The notes: generated by a model from the sequence alone, not told the origin. DNA of 64,000 nucleotides from a bacterium (GCA_043811375.1 JBDRNJ010000044.1:1-64000), one strand, 5' to 3'; numbered from the stretch's first letter, positions 39,651 to 52,482 are shown. Translations and numbers: made by a program.

Positions 39651-40482
39651 CTACTTAAGCAGCATCATCTTTTTGGCGGTGCGGAAGTACTTCGTCTCGA
39701 TTCGGTAGAAGTAGACGCCGGTCGGGGAGGGGTTGCCCTCAGCATCGGTGCCGTCCCACGAAGTGGCGTGATCACCGGCAGATTGGGTCTCGTCGACAAG
39801 CGTAGTTACATGCCGACCGAGCAGATCATAAACGACCACCCGAACGTGTGTCCGGGCACCCAGAGTATACTCGATCTCAGTGGTTGGGTTAAACGGGTTG
39901 GGGGTAGTTAGCGCTCAGCTCATAAGATTCCGGTGCAATCCGGTCACCGTCAGCGGCATCGGCAGGTGAACCGGGATGGTACTGCAAGTCAAAAACCGAA
40001 CGGTACAGAATGAATTCCTTTTCCGGATTGGACAAAGTTATTTCGAGATTGCCGTTTTCGAGAGGAGACCCTACGACGTCCATGTAGTCATTACCATCCG
40101 GATCCAGCACAAAGTGGCGCTTGACCACGTTCTCCAGATTGATGGTGTCAACCGTCAACTCGATATCATCGTGGGAGTAGCTGCGCAGATATAGTTTCAG
40201 CCGGGCTGTTCTCACTGAACCGTCAGGCAGCAGCGGCGGGTAGATATCCAGCACCGAATGGGAGTACGTAATATCGTGGGTGGGGACTCCGAACCCGGGA
40301 TTACCTTCGAGTGTCTCCTGCCACAACACCGAACCGCCATCAGAAACGTCGATAGTGATCCGATAGGTGGCGACATCGGTTATCGCCTCCTGGAAAAACA
40401 CCTCGGCCGACGCCGACATAGCACCGGCGGCTATCAGAACCGGCAACATCAGGACCAACAAATAGAGCTTTGATCGGGACAC
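39651..40482 (-). pseudogene. Secreted protein with C-terminal FlgD-Ig/T9SS-like sorting domain, frameshifted
   Basis: The ORF ends ...ANYPQPV*. Removing one base from the G5 run at 39900-39904 restores NYPNPFNPTTEIEY...YDLLGRHV...WDG...GVYFYRI...KKMMLLK. Confidence 0.85.
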
Positions 40483-40508
40483 ACATCACCTCCGTTTACA
40501 TGCAGTCA

Positions 40509-40524
40509 TGCAAGCCTCGTGCCT
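40509..40524 (-). promoter_or_regulatory. Putative sigma54 (-24/-12) promoter
   Basis: AGGCACGAGGCTTGCA (GG-N10-GC) just upstream of RBS GGAGGTG of the FlgD-domain gene. Confidence 0.6.
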
Positions 40525-40821
40525 GTTCTTGGAATAGATTACTACTATATCTGCCATGGGATTACCGATACCCCACGGTAAGTATTCCACCAACAATCTG
40601 AAATGGTTTGCACTGATAACGTCGAGCTTGCAGAGTCATTATCTATGGTGGGAGTCCATAGATCAGCAGCCTGCCTGTCGGAAGCCGGCACCATAAGGCC
40701 AATTTTCCTGTAACAACACTATTGTTAACGGATTTACACCATGGCGGGATAACCGGTGTGACTCTGTAAACCACAGGGTAACAGCTTGTTGTGAGGCTAC
40801 AAACAACGGTGTAGTTTTCGC

Positions 40822-40850
40822 TTGCTAAATGTTTCACAAGGCAATATATT
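40822..40850 (+). promoter_or_regulatory. Putative sigma70 promoter for hppA
   Basis: TTGCTA-N17-TATATT. Confidence 0.5.
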
Positions 40851-40921
40851 CCCGCCCAATTTCTGGGAACGTGATTGAAATGACAAAACAACATAACTAA
40901 CTCTAACAGGAGAAGCTGTTG

Positions 40922-42904
<1,983 letters not shown>

Positions 42905-42931
42905 TTAAGATAGTCACAGCGACTGATTATA

Positions 42932-42968
42932 GCAGGGACATGGCCTGTAAACATGTCCCTGTTTTTTA
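42932..42968 (+). terminator. Intrinsic terminator after hppA
   Basis: GCAGGGACATG-loop-CATGTCCCTGT followed by a T-tract. Confidence 0.85.
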
Positions 42969-43031
42969 TCGAAAGCGATCGAATACGAAACCGGTCACTG
43001 GGTATAATTGTGTAGAACCAGGTCACAGCAA

Positions 43032-43057
43032 TGAAACATTAGCCTGGTATGTTCGTT
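43032..43057 (+). promoter_or_regulatory. Putative ECF-sigma promoter upstream of the efflux operon
   Basis: TGAAAC-N16-CGTT. Confidence 0.45.
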
Positions 43058-43266
43058 TATTGTGACCATGAAGGAGACATAGATGGAGCCGGAAATAAGT
43101 GTATCTAACGCGCCACACGCGATTGGCAGGAGGTTTTCAATTGTCACGGTCACCTGTGCAACAAAGGATATCTATTCTCGGTCAGATATATTGAGAATGA
43201 TGGCAATATTGTACATCATTGCGATGATAACGATGAGCAGATTGCTTTCTTAGAGGAGTGTATTAT

Positions 43267-44679
43267 ATGAAGTGTTTGGTCAAAGCTGGTCTCACGGCTG
43301 TATTGGTGGTTCTGACTGCTTCCATGGCCTTCAGCGAACCACTGACCCTTGATGATTGCATCGAACTGGCTCTGAAAAACCGAGCATCCATTATAGCCGC
43401 ACGCGGCGAGGAAACATTAGCCAAATGGGGTACGCGAACCGCTCTGGGGGCATTTCTGCCGCGGGTTAACGCTTCTTATTCCCATTCCAAGACTAAAGAT
43501 GCCGACATCAAGTCAGATGACCTGGAGCCTTCAGCGTGGGGTGTGTTCTATGATACAGCGATATTCCTGAACATGGACAGCAGTGTGGCTGACAGCTTTC
43601 TGGTTGAATACCAAAGTCCGGTAGCGTATGAGGTGGTCCAAAAGATGTATGGAGACCAAGACAGGGTGGGCAAGTCTTACGGGGTGGACGCTCGCATGTC
43701 GCTGTTTGATCTGGCCAACTGGTTCAATTATGCGGGTGCCAAGGCTGGTCGGGCCAAGGCTCATCTCGATGTAATAGCCTCTGAGCAGGCTCTGATATAC
43801 TCCGTCAAGGTGTCGTATTATGCCTACCTGGCCACCATAGAGAACGTGGCTGTTCAGGAACAGGCGGTCGAACGGAGCGAGGAACAACTCAAGTTGATCA
43901 ACTCGAAGTTTGAACTCGGATCGGCATCGAAATCCGATGTGCTTAAGCAGAAAGTGCAGTTCGGCAACGATAAACTGACTCTGTTATCCGCTCAGAATGC
44001 GGTTACCTCGACCAGGGCCGGTCTGGCCTATACGATCGGGATTAACCCCGCCAGTGATGTCGAGTTCTCCACAGATTACACTATTCGTGAATTCAGCGGC
44101 ACTCTAGATGAAGCCATTACCTTTGGCATAGAGCATGAGCCCGGTCTGCTGGCTTCCCATAAGAGCCTGGATATGGCCCGGCATTCAGTCCGGTCGCGCT
44201 GGTCGGAGTACATGCCGAAGCTTGCCGGATGGGCTTCTATCGGTTGGTCGGACGGCACCAGGGGTGATACCGTTACTTTCAATTTCTCTTCCAAGTCAAC
44301 CACTATCGGTCTCCAGGTGACCTACAACATATTCGACGGCTTCTGGCGCGAGCGGAACCTGAGCACTGCCAGGGTCCGCCAGAACACCGCCCGGGCCGAA
44401 CTGGCCGATATGCGCAACCGGGTGAGTCGAGATATCAACACCGCCTACCTGGATATCAAGCAACTGCGCGAAAAAAAGAACGTGGCCCGGGAAACGGTCG
44501 AGGCAGCCGGGGAAGACCTCAAAATTACACAGGAAAAATACTCTCTCGGTGCGGCCACTATCCTTGATTTGCTGGACGCTCAAGTGTCCCTGAAAGAAGC
44601 TCAGGTCTCAATGATCAGTACCGATTTCGACCTGAACCTGGCTGTTGCCAAGCTGGAACATGCCATGGGAAAAATGTGA
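43267..44679 (+). CDS. TolC family outer membrane efflux protein
   Basis: Signal peptide, LTLDDCIELALKN, two OEP repeats and GAATILDLLDAQ. Confidence 0.93.
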   Translation: MKCLVKAGLTAVLVVLTASMAFSEPLTLDDCIELALKNRASIIAARGEETLAKWGTRTALGAFLPRVNASYSHSKTKDADIKSDDLEPSAWGVFYDTAIFLNMDSSVADSFLVEYQSPVAYEVVQKMYGDQDRVGKSYGVDARMSLFDLANWFNYAGAKAGRAKAHLDVIASEQALIYSVKVSYYAYLATIENVAVQEQAVERSEEQLKLINSKFELGSASKSDVLKQKVQFGNDKLTLLSAQNAVTSTRAGLAYTIGINPASDVEFSTDYTIREFSGTLDEAITFGIEHEPGLLASHKSLDMARHSVRSRWSEYMPKLAGWASIGWSDGTRGDTVTFNFSSKSTTIGLQVTYNIFDGFWRERNLSTARVRQNTARAELADMRNRVSRDINTAYLDIKQLREKKNVARETVEAAGEDLKITQEKYSLGAATILDLLDAQVSLKEAQVSMISTDFDLNLAVAKLEHAMGKM

Positions 44680-44722
44680 TCGTTTAGGATATAGTAAGCC
44701 TTAAGGTAAGGATACATAGAGA

Positions 44723-46036
44723 ATGACAAAGAAAAAGAAATTACTGCTGATCATCGGTGGCGGTGTCCTGCTGGTTGTCATTGTAGTGCTCAATCTTACA
44801 ATGAGCACTTCCCACAGCACTTCGGTGCAGGCGGAGACGACCCGGATGCGCGACATCGTGGAAACTGTATCGGCCTCGGGCCGCATACAGCCACAGACGA
44901 AAGTTGACATTACCTCGGAGATCAACGGCGAGATAATCGGGCTGTATGCCCGCGAGGGAGACCAGGTGCAAAGCGGCAATTTGCTGGTCGTGCTGGACAC
45001 CGTGCAATTGCGTTCCGACGTTGACCAGGCCCGTTATGCCGTCAATGAGATCAACGCTCGTCTGGAGGGCGCCGAGACTCAACTTGGCCAGGCACGAGAA
45101 GAATTCGAACGTCAGCAGCGCCTCTTCGAGGGGAACCTGACTTCAGAAACTGTCTTCAACAACGCCAACTATAGCTACCTGAACACCAAATCTACTTTCG
45201 AAGCCACCAAAGCACAGGCGCAGCAGTTTCAGGCGCGTTACGAAAAACAACTCGATTACCTCAGTAAGGCCAAGATAGTCGCGCCCATGAGCGGTATTAT
45301 CACTTACGTGGACTGCGAAGTGGGCGAGATTGCCGCCGCGCAAACAGCGTTCACTCAGGGCAAAACGCTTTTGACCATTGCCAACCTTGATGTCTTTGAG
45401 GTCGAGGTTGAGGTCGATGAAACGGAAATCACCAAGATTGAACTGTCGCAGGAAGCCGAAATCGAGGTCGATGCCTTCCCGGACACCACTTTCCCGGGCG
45501 AAGTCGTGGAAATCGGCAACACCGCCATATTGTCCGGTCTTGGCTCCCAGGATCAATCGACCAACTTCCGCGTCAAGGTGATCTTCAAAGACCCCAACGT
45601 CAAGATTCGACCGGGCATGTCGGCCACCGTCGATATCACAACCGCTCATCGCGATAAGGCATTATCGATTCCATACAGCGCCGTTGTCGTGCGTTCTTTC
45701 AACCTTGATTCGCTGGAGCGCGCTCGAACCGCTGAGGAGACAGCCGACAGTTCTCCCGGAGTCAGCGAGGTACATGCGGCCGAACAGTCTGAGGAAGATA
45801 CTGTCACCTTTGACGAAGAAACTGAACGCGAGGAACTCAAGGGCGTCTTTGTGATCAGGGAGGGCAAGGTCAGTTTCGTCGAAATCGAAACCGGCGTGGC
45901 CGACCAGAAGAATATCGAGGTCACCTCCGGTCTGACCGAGGGTGATTCGGTCGTCTCTGGTCCCTACCGGGTGTTGAGAACAATAAAGGATGATGACGAC
46001 GTGACCATCATTAAAAAGCATGGAGGAAATCAATAG
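44723..46036 (+). CDS. Efflux periplasmic adaptor (MacA/HlyD-like)
   Basis: N-terminal TM, lipoyl halves, alpha-hairpin, IVAPMSG and RPGMSA. Confidence 0.93.
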   Translation: MTKKKKLLLIIGGGVLLVVIVVLNLTMSTSHSTSVQAETTRMRDIVETVSASGRIQPQTKVDITSEINGEIIGLYAREGDQVQSGNLLVVLDTVQLRSDVDQARYAVNEINARLEGAETQLGQAREEFERQQRLFEGNLTSETVFNNANYSYLNTKSTFEATKAQAQQFQARYEKQLDYLSKAKIVAPMSGIITYVDCEVGEIAAAQTAFTQGKTLLTIANLDVFEVEVEVDETEITKIELSQEAEIEVDAFPDTTFPGEVVEIGNTAILSGLGSQDQSTNFRVKVIFKDPNVKIRPGMSATVDITTAHRDKALSIPYSAVVVRSFNLDSLERARTAEETADSSPGVSEVHAAEQSEEDTVTFDEETEREELKGVFVIREGKVSFVEIETGVADQKNIEVTSGLTEGDSVVSGPYRVLRTIKDDDDVTIIKKHGGNQ

Positions 46037-46038
46037 CG

Positions 46039-46743
46039 ATGGCTATGATTGAAACCAATGACCTGTGGAAGACCTACGAGATGGGTGCCGAAACGGTACA
46101 CGCTCTTCGAGGAGTAACGATCAGCATTGACAAGGGTGAATATGTAGCCATCATGGGTCCCTCCGGGTCCGGGAAATCGACTCTGATGAATCTGGTGGGT
46201 TGTCTCGACACCCCCAGCAAGGGCGAGTACTACCTCAACAGTAAACGGGTCAGCCACATGGACGACGATGAACTGGCCAATATCCGCAACCGCGAAATTG
46301 GGTTTGTTTTCCAGACCTTCAACCTGTTGCCTCGGGCTACGGCTCTTCACAATGTGGAACTGCCCCTGGTGTACAATGGTTCGGCCGCCGGTACCCGCCG
46401 AACACAGGCCGAATCAGCATTGCAGAAAGTGGGGCTGGGCGATCGTATGCTTCACAAACCCAGTGAATTGTCGGGCGGTCAGCGACAACGCGTAGCCGTG
46501 GCCAGGGCACTGGTCAACAATCCGTCGCTTATACTGGCTGACGAACCGACCGGCAATCTGGACAGCAAAACCTCGGTGGAGATCATGAAGCTCCTGAGTC
46601 AGCTTCATGAAATAGGAAACACTATCATTGTAGTCACTCACGAGGAGAGCATCGCTCGGCGAGCCAATCGTGTACTGTCAATCCTTGATGGCGAGATCGC
46701 CTCTGACGAGCGGACATCTTCCGGGTCAGCGGTTATGGAGTAA
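46039..46743 (+). CDS. ABC transporter ATP-binding protein (MacB/LolD-like)
   Basis: [19 protein letters not shown] and [10 protein letters not shown]. Confidence 0.95.
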   Translation: MAMIETNDLWKTYEMGAETVHALRGVTISIDKGEYVAIMGPSGSGKSTLMNLVGCLDTPSKGEYYLNSKRVSHMDDDELANIRNREIGFVFQTFNLLPRATALHNVELPLVYNGSAAGTRRTQAESALQKVGLGDRMLHKPSELSGGQRQRVAVARALVNNPSLILADEPTGNLDSKTSVEIMKLLSQLHEIGNTIIVVTHEESIARRANRVLSILDGEIASDERTSSGSAVME

Positions 46744-46751
46744 CCGAAGTT

Positions 46752-47975
46752 ATGGTTTCCCTTGCCTTGGTGAAGATTGCCTTTAGTGCCCTGTTGGCCA
46801 ACAAACTGCGATCAGGGCTGACACTCCTGGGTGTGCTGATCGGCGTTACTTCGGTGATGACGATTATCTCGGCTCTGGAGGGAATGATGCAGGGCATTGA
46901 GGATGATCTGAGCCGACTGGGGCCGTCGACGTTCATTGTGTCCCGTTTTGGTGGTGTCATTACATCCGAAGAGCAGTACCTGGAAATGATCAAACGCAAG
47001 CACCTCAAATTGAGCACCATGAAGTACATCGAGGAGGGTTGCGACTTGTGTGAGAAGGTCTGCCCACGCGCAGGCACCTATCAACGCATAAAATACCGCG
47101 ATCGAGCACTTAGAAGTGTGCCCGTCAGGGCTGCATCGGCGGATTTCATTGACATCATTGATATCAACGTGGCCCAGGGCAGGTTCTACAGCCGCGAGGA
47201 CGACCTCCATCGAAGGCAGGTCGTGTTTATTGGTGACCTGATTCGCGAGGAGTTCTTCGAGGGGGTCGATCCTCTCGGGAAAGAAATAAACATCAGCGGC
47301 CGCAAGTATACCGTTATCGGTGTCGCCAAAAAGAGAGGATCAACCTTCGGCCAAAACGATGATAATTTTGTGATGGTACCGTTTTCCGCCTTTGTCAAGC
47401 AATTCGGTGAACCCCGCCGCAGCCTGCGCTTTATTGTCAAGGCGATCTCGGTCGAAAAACTTGAGGAAGCGATGGATCAGGTGCGGATGGTGATGCGCGC
47501 AAAGCGTCATGTTCCGTTCGACAAACCTGATGATTTCTCTTTGGTTACAGCCGACAATGTCCTGGAAGCGCTCAACACTTTTACGCGTATATTCCGTCTG
47601 GCCCTGGTGGGTATCTCGTCAATCTCACTGGTTGTCGGCGGGATCGTGGTCATGAACATCATGATGGTCTCGGTCACCGAACGGACCCGCGAGATCGGCA
47701 TCAGGAAATCGGTTGGCGCCAGGCGGAGACACATACTGTTGCAGTTTCTCTTTGAGGCGCTGATGACAACGTTAACCGGGGGCATAATAGGCATCGCGCT
47801 TGGTTTTCTGGTTGCCAAGTGGCTGGTAGGTATGATCGATGCCGAAATATCTGTCTCGGTCTTTGCCATTACCGCCGGGCTGAGTATATCCGTAGGTATC
47901 GGAGTCATTTTCGGTATCTATCCCGCCATGAAGGCGGCTCGGTTGGATCCCATCAAAGCGCTTAGTTATGAATAA
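46752..47975 (+). CDS. MacB-like ABC transporter permease
   Basis: NKLRSGLTLLG and MNIMMVSVTERTREIGIRK. Confidence 0.94.
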   Translation: MVSLALVKIAFSALLANKLRSGLTLLGVLIGVTSVMTIISALEGMMQGIEDDLSRLGPSTFIVSRFGGVITSEEQYLEMIKRKHLKLSTMKYIEEGCDLCEKVCPRAGTYQRIKYRDRALRSVPVRAASADFIDIIDINVAQGRFYSREDDLHRRQVVFIGDLIREEFFEGVDPLGKEINISGRKYTVIGVAKKRGSTFGQNDDNFVMVPFSAFVKQFGEPRRSLRFIVKAISVEKLEEAMDQVRMVMRAKRHVPFDKPDDFSLVTADNVLEALNTFTRIFRLALVGISSISLVVGGIVVMNIMMVSVTERTREIGIRKSVGARRRHILLQFLFEALMTTLTGGIIGIALGFLVAKWLVGMIDAEISVSVFAITAGLSISVGIGVIFGIYPAMKAARLDPIKALSYE

Positions 47976-47987
47976 CGGGGTTTCGCT

Positions 47988-49238
47988 ATGTTTCTGACAA
48001 CTGTAGAAATCAGGGATTCCATCCTGATGGCACTGGATTCCCTGCGTTCCAACAAGCTGCGCTCCTTTCTCACCATCCTCGGGGTGACGATCGGTGTGGG
48101 TGCGGTCATCAGCCTGGCATCCGTTATCGGTGGGTTGGACGGCGCCATGAACCAGGAAATTGACAAGCTGGGTTCCAATGCCATTTATATTACCAAGTTT
48201 CCTTTCGATGTCGACTACGACGGACTTACCGATGAGGAACGCAACCGGCGTCCCATAACCTCCGGTGAAGCGGATGCGATCAATGCCGATTGTCCCACCG
48301 TTGACGGAGTGTCGCCACAAAATTACTATTTCCGTCCCGGCGGCAATGAGATCAAGTACAAGAATCGCAAAGCCCCCCGGGCTTACGTGCTGGGTACCTG
48401 GCCTGACTACCTGAGTGTCAATAACAGTTCCATTGAGGTCGGACGCTTCATTACCGACAACGATGAGCGATTCCGGCGCATGGTTTGTGTTCTGGGATCG
48501 GAGGTGGCTCAGGCGTTGTTTGAAGACGAGGACCCGGTCGACAAGGAAATCCGGGTCAACTCAGTCAAGTTCACCGTGATCGGGGTCCTGGAAAAGCGCG
48601 AGTCAAATTTTGACGCCGATGATGAAAACAAATACGTGACCATACCACTGTCGGTATTCCAGAATATCTATCACTGGGAAGAAGAGCTCTTCCTGGTAGC
48701 GCGTGCCCGCAACTATGAGGAGATTGACAAGGCCAAAGAAGAGATCATCAACGCGCTGCGCGTTTATCGCAAAGTGCCGTTCAACAAAGCCAACAACTTC
48801 GCCCTCTCCACGCAGGATACTTTCAAGGATTTCATCGGCAATATCACCAAGTATATCTATATGGCCATGATTACCATCACCTCGGTGGGGCTGATGGTGG
48901 GCGGGATCGGAGTGATGAACATCATGCTGGTATCGGTGACGGAAAGGACAAGGGAAATCGGTGTCCGCAAGGCTATCGGCGCCAAGCGAGCCAACATCCT
49001 GTCGCAATTCCTGACCGAAGCTATGACTCTCTCAGGTACCGGCGGAATTATAGGCATCATCGCCGGGGTGGGCGTTGGGATGCTGGCCAATATGCTCATC
49101 GGCTTTCCGCTCTCGGTCTCCCCGTTCTGGATTACCCTGGGTTTTGTGGTTGCGGTTTCAGTGGGATTGATCTCGGGAATCTATCCGGCCATGAAAGCCG
49201 CTCGGCTGGATCCGATTGAAGCTCTGAGATACGAGTAG
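47988..49238 (+). CDS. MacB-like ABC transporter permease
   Basis: NKLRSFLTILG, MNIMLVSVTERTREIGVRK and LDPIEALRYE. Confidence 0.94.
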   Translation: MFLTTVEIRDSILMALDSLRSNKLRSFLTILGVTIGVGAVISLASVIGGLDGAMNQEIDKLGSNAIYITKFPFDVDYDGLTDEERNRRPITSGEADAINADCPTVDGVSPQNYYFRPGGNEIKYKNRKAPRAYVLGTWPDYLSVNNSSIEVGRFITDNDERFRRMVCVLGSEVAQALFEDEDPVDKEIRVNSVKFTVIGVLEKRESNFDADDENKYVTIPLSVFQNIYHWEEELFLVARARNYEEIDKAKEEIINALRVYRKVPFNKANNFALSTQDTFKDFIGNITKYIYMAMITITSVGLMVGGIGVMNIMLVSVTERTREIGVRKAIGAKRANILSQFLTEAMTLSGTGGIIGIIAGVGVGMLANMLIGFPLSVSPFWITLGFVVAVSVGLISGIYPAMKAARLDPIEALRYE

Positions 49239-49250
49239 ACCCCAAAACAA

Positions 49251-49532
49251 GAGCCTGTGTCATTATAAAGTTTCCTCAGGTCTGCAACCGACGAAATCAG
49301 TAGTGAGCGACTAAGTCGGGAGTGTGATCTGACGACCATCCCACAAGTCCGGGTTTCTTGCGCCGTCACGAATCCTTTCGTAACGGCTACATTTTGTGCG
49401 CTCAGGAGAGGATTCCTGGCCGCACGTAAAATATGGCAATGCCGATAAATGTGGCGATGCCACCGGTCGGGTCACAACTCGCACCGAGGTGAGCCAGATC
49501 CCAACCGAACAAACGGATTGTGACACAGTCTG
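49251..49532. mobile_element. MITE (282 bp) with an internal REP-like pair
   Basis: Ends GAGCCTGTGTCATTA and TTGTGACACAGTCTG; CAA on both sides; segments shared with 30647-30881. Confidence 0.75.
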
Positions 49533-49628
49533 CAAATTGGGGGCAAAATATTTTTGTAATTGCGACAGGGGTAGTGCGTCTGTAGATTGGAAATGCTTGG
49601 TCAGCGGTTGATCAGGAAGTGCTTTACT

Positions 49629-50954
49629 ATGAATAAATCTGCTCTTCACATATCCCGGCTGATGTGGCTTCTGTTCCTGCTGCCATCTCTGTTGCAAGGT
49701 CAGTTGTCCTCCGGAGAGGGTCGCTCGCAATCGGCCGGATTACTGGTCGATTATGCCTCCTTTGCCTCTGACAGCGCCGGGGATATCCGCCTGGAGTTAT
49801 ATTGCCGCCTTCCCAATAAAGCGCTGCAGTTTCAGAAAACAGAAACCGGCTTCGTGGCTCGTTACGAGTTGGCCGTCTCAGTGAAGGGTGACCGGGACCG
49901 GCAACTGGCGGTCGCTTCAAAAGCGGGGGAGATCCACGCCACCAGTGAACAGCAAGCCATGTCGGCTGTTGACTTCCGTATCAGACAGTTCAACTTTGAT
50001 TTGCCGCCCGGCAAATATCGAGCCGTCATCAGACTCACCGACGAAAATTCCTCCCTCACCCGAACCAACGATCTGGATGTGAAATTGCGTGATTTCGACA
50101 GCGAATCACCCGGTCTGTCCGATATAGAACTGGTTCGGTTTTCAGAACCGTCGAACCAGGATACCGGCAGTTTCACCAAGGGAGACTTGACGGTAATTCC
50201 ATCGGTAACCGGCAACTACGGGGGAGATGCCGGTCGACCGCTGCAGTTTTATCTGGAGGTATACCAGGGTCAAGGCAAATCGGAGCGGGCTCGCATCGAG
50301 ACCATCCTGCGACCCGGGAAGGGAAGAATGATCTACCGGGATTCGACCACCGTGGAGTTCGACACACCGCTGATACGGCAGATACGGCAGGTGTCCCTGA
50401 CCGACTTTCCTCCCGGAGACTATGAACTGGTGGTATTGCTGAAGGGACGCCGGGGAAAGAAACTGGCCGTTCGCTACAAGGATTTTCACATTGCCTGGTC
50501 GGTCGAGGCGGCTCTGCGACATGACTTCCAGGCAGCCGTGGATCAACTGAGTTATATCGCCTCCAACGAGGAAATTCAGGAACTGAAACGCCCAAAGACT
50601 TTCGAGGACCGATTACAGGCCTTCCAGGAGTTCTGGCTCAAACACGATCCCACACCGGAAACGCCGGAAAACGAACTGAAATCCTCGTTTTATCACCGGA
50701 TAACGATAGCCAACCAGCGGTTCACTGCCATGGGTCGCTCCGGTTGGCAGACAGATCGCGGACGTATCTATATTCAGTACGGTGAGCCTGATCAAATCGA
50801 AGACAACCCGATCGCTCTCAGCGGACCCCCTTATCAGTACTGGCATTACTACCGTCACGGTTCCTACCGTAAGTTTACTTTTGTGGACGAACATGAAGAT
50901 GGAGACTACCGACTGCTGTTCCCATACGACGGTCTCCATCAACGACCGAATTGA
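49629..50954 (+). CDS. GWxTD domain-containing protein
   Basis: Signal peptide, Ig-like N-terminal part, FW..HDPTPETPENE and GWQTDRGRIYIQYGEP. Confidence 0.92.
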   Translation: MNKSALHISRLMWLLFLLPSLLQGQLSSGEGRSQSAGLLVDYASFASDSAGDIRLELYCRLPNKALQFQKTETGFVARYELAVSVKGDRDRQLAVASKAGEIHATSEQQAMSAVDFRIRQFNFDLPPGKYRAVIRLTDENSSLTRTNDLDVKLRDFDSESPGLSDIELVRFSEPSNQDTGSFTKGDLTVIPSVTGNYGGDAGRPLQFYLEVYQGQGKSERARIETILRPGKGRMIYRDSTTVEFDTPLIRQIRQVSLTDFPPGDYELVVLLKGRRGKKLAVRYKDFHIAWSVEAALRHDFQAAVDQLSYIASNEEIQELKRPKTFEDRLQAFQEFWLKHDPTPETPENELKSSFYHRITIANQRFTAMGRSGWQTDRGRIYIQYGEPDQIEDNPIALSGPPYQYWHYYRHGSYRKFTFVDEHEDGDYRLLFPYDGLHQRPN

Positions 50955-50970
50955 GATAAAAGGAATTACC

Positions 50971-52419
50971 ATGTTATTAGTGCGTATAGCTGCCGTGATC
51001 CTCATTGGGTGCGGTCTGGCAGGTTCGGTATCGACCGAAACAGCTGCCTCCGACATTGATTCTCAACTGACCATCTATGCCGGGGTTATCACCTACCCCA
51101 ATCCTGACTATGATTCGCTGACTTTAGTTGAGATTTCCTTCTCGCTCAATCGCCATCAGTTGACCTTCTACCGGCAGGACTCCAGTCAGTCGGACCTGTA
51201 TGCCTACATCCACGCTCGCTTGGATTTCTATGATACAACCGGAGCAGAGGTTGATTCCGTAAGCACCTTTTTCTCGGTCAGAGTCGACTCGCGGGAAGAA
51301 GCAGCTCAACCGGGTTACCGGGTCTTTAACCGCTTGGTGCGTTTCTTTCGGCCGGGTCGTTACTCAGCGCATCTGACGGTAACCAACGTGGCCGACGACC
51401 GCCGGGGGGAAGTTGCCCTGGATGATTTTGACGTGGAACCGGCCGACACAGAGAGACTCACTTTAGGAGGTGTCAGTCTGGCCTACAACGTTGATTTCGT
51501 CGGTGACGACTACCTGGGAACGAATGCTCGGTTGATCAAGAACGGTTATCTGGTGATTCAGAATCCGGCTGCCTTATACAGTCCCGAAGAAGATACCGTC
51601 GCCTGGGTCTATGGTGAGTTGTACAATCTGGACTACGCCCCGGAGAATCCTTCCAGCTACGAGTTGTCGTATGCCGTTTTGAATTCCGACTCCAGCCTGT
51701 ATCTCAACCTGGGCAGCGTGGCGGTAGTGAAACCGGGGCGCACGGCGGTAATTACCGAATCGATAGATATCGTTGGCTGGCCTGCCGGGCGCTACTACCT
51801 GCGTCTGGCCGCTCGTGATCAGACTACCGGTGAGACGGACACAACCCTGGTTTCGTTTATCATACTGCTGTCGCGGGAAGCTATGCTGGCATCACTCAAA
51901 CCGCACAGCAGTGACCCTTATGACACCCTCAGCCTCGAAGTTAAGATCCAATTGGCTACACACTTCCTGACGCCGGAGGAGAAAATAACCCTGAAGCGTC
52001 TGACCAACCTCGGCAAAGTTAATTTCCTTAAGCAATTCTGGAGAGAACGTGACGAAACTCCCGCCACTGATATCAATGAGTACCGTCTCGAATTGATCGA
52101 ACGCTTCGAATATTGTAATCGGCGTTTCTCCAACTACGAAGACCGATCGGACGGCTGGTCTACCGACCGCGGCCGCATATATATTGTATATGGCCCCTGG
52201 GAAGAGATCGAAGACAAGCAGTCACCACTGGTGGACGACGCCTATCAGATTTGGTACTATCACTCCCTCAGGGAAGGCAAGTACTTCGTCTTTCAGGACA
52301 TCACCGGCAGCTTCGACTACCGCCTGGTACACTCTAACGTATATGGCGAGATCTACTCCCGGGGATGGCAGGACATCATAGACCGGGGACTGGAGTCGGA
52401 TCGGCCGCTGGACTATTGA
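50971..52419 (+). CDS. GWxTD domain-containing protein
   Basis: Signal peptide, FWRERD..P.T..NE and GWSTDRGRIYIVYGP. Confidence 0.92.
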   Translation: MLLVRIAAVILIGCGLAGSVSTETAASDIDSQLTIYAGVITYPNPDYDSLTLVEISFSLNRHQLTFYRQDSSQSDLYAYIHARLDFYDTTGAEVDSVSTFFSVRVDSREEAAQPGYRVFNRLVRFFRPGRYSAHLTVTNVADDRRGEVALDDFDVEPADTERLTLGGVSLAYNVDFVGDDYLGTNARLIKNGYLVIQNPAALYSPEEDTVAWVYGELYNLDYAPENPSSYELSYAVLNSDSSLYLNLGSVAVVKPGRTAVITESIDIVGWPAGRYYLRLAARDQTTGETDTTLVSFIILLSREAMLASLKPHSSDPYDTLSLEVKIQLATHFLTPEEKITLKRLTNLGKVNFLKQFWRERDETPATDINEYRLELIERFEYCNRRFSNYEDRSDGWSTDRGRIYIVYGPWEEIEDKQSPLVDDAYQIWYYHSLREGKYFVFQDITGSFDYRLVHSNVYGEIYSRGWQDIIDRGLESDRPLDY

Positions 52420-52434
52420 GATTGCTGAACCGGA

Positions 52435-52467
52435 TAAAAAAAAGCCGCCCGATGGCGGCCTTTTTAT
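52435..52467. terminator. Bidirectional intrinsic terminator
   Basis: A-tract, GCCGCC-CGAT-GGCGGC stem, then a T-tract, between convergent genes. Confidence 0.85.
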
Positions 52468-52482
52468 TGACGTTATTGGTTA

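Noticed and set aside
40620..40920. Possible Na+-sensing riboswitch upstream of hppA
   Set aside because: I could not match a known consensus, and the putative promoter leaves only a short leader.
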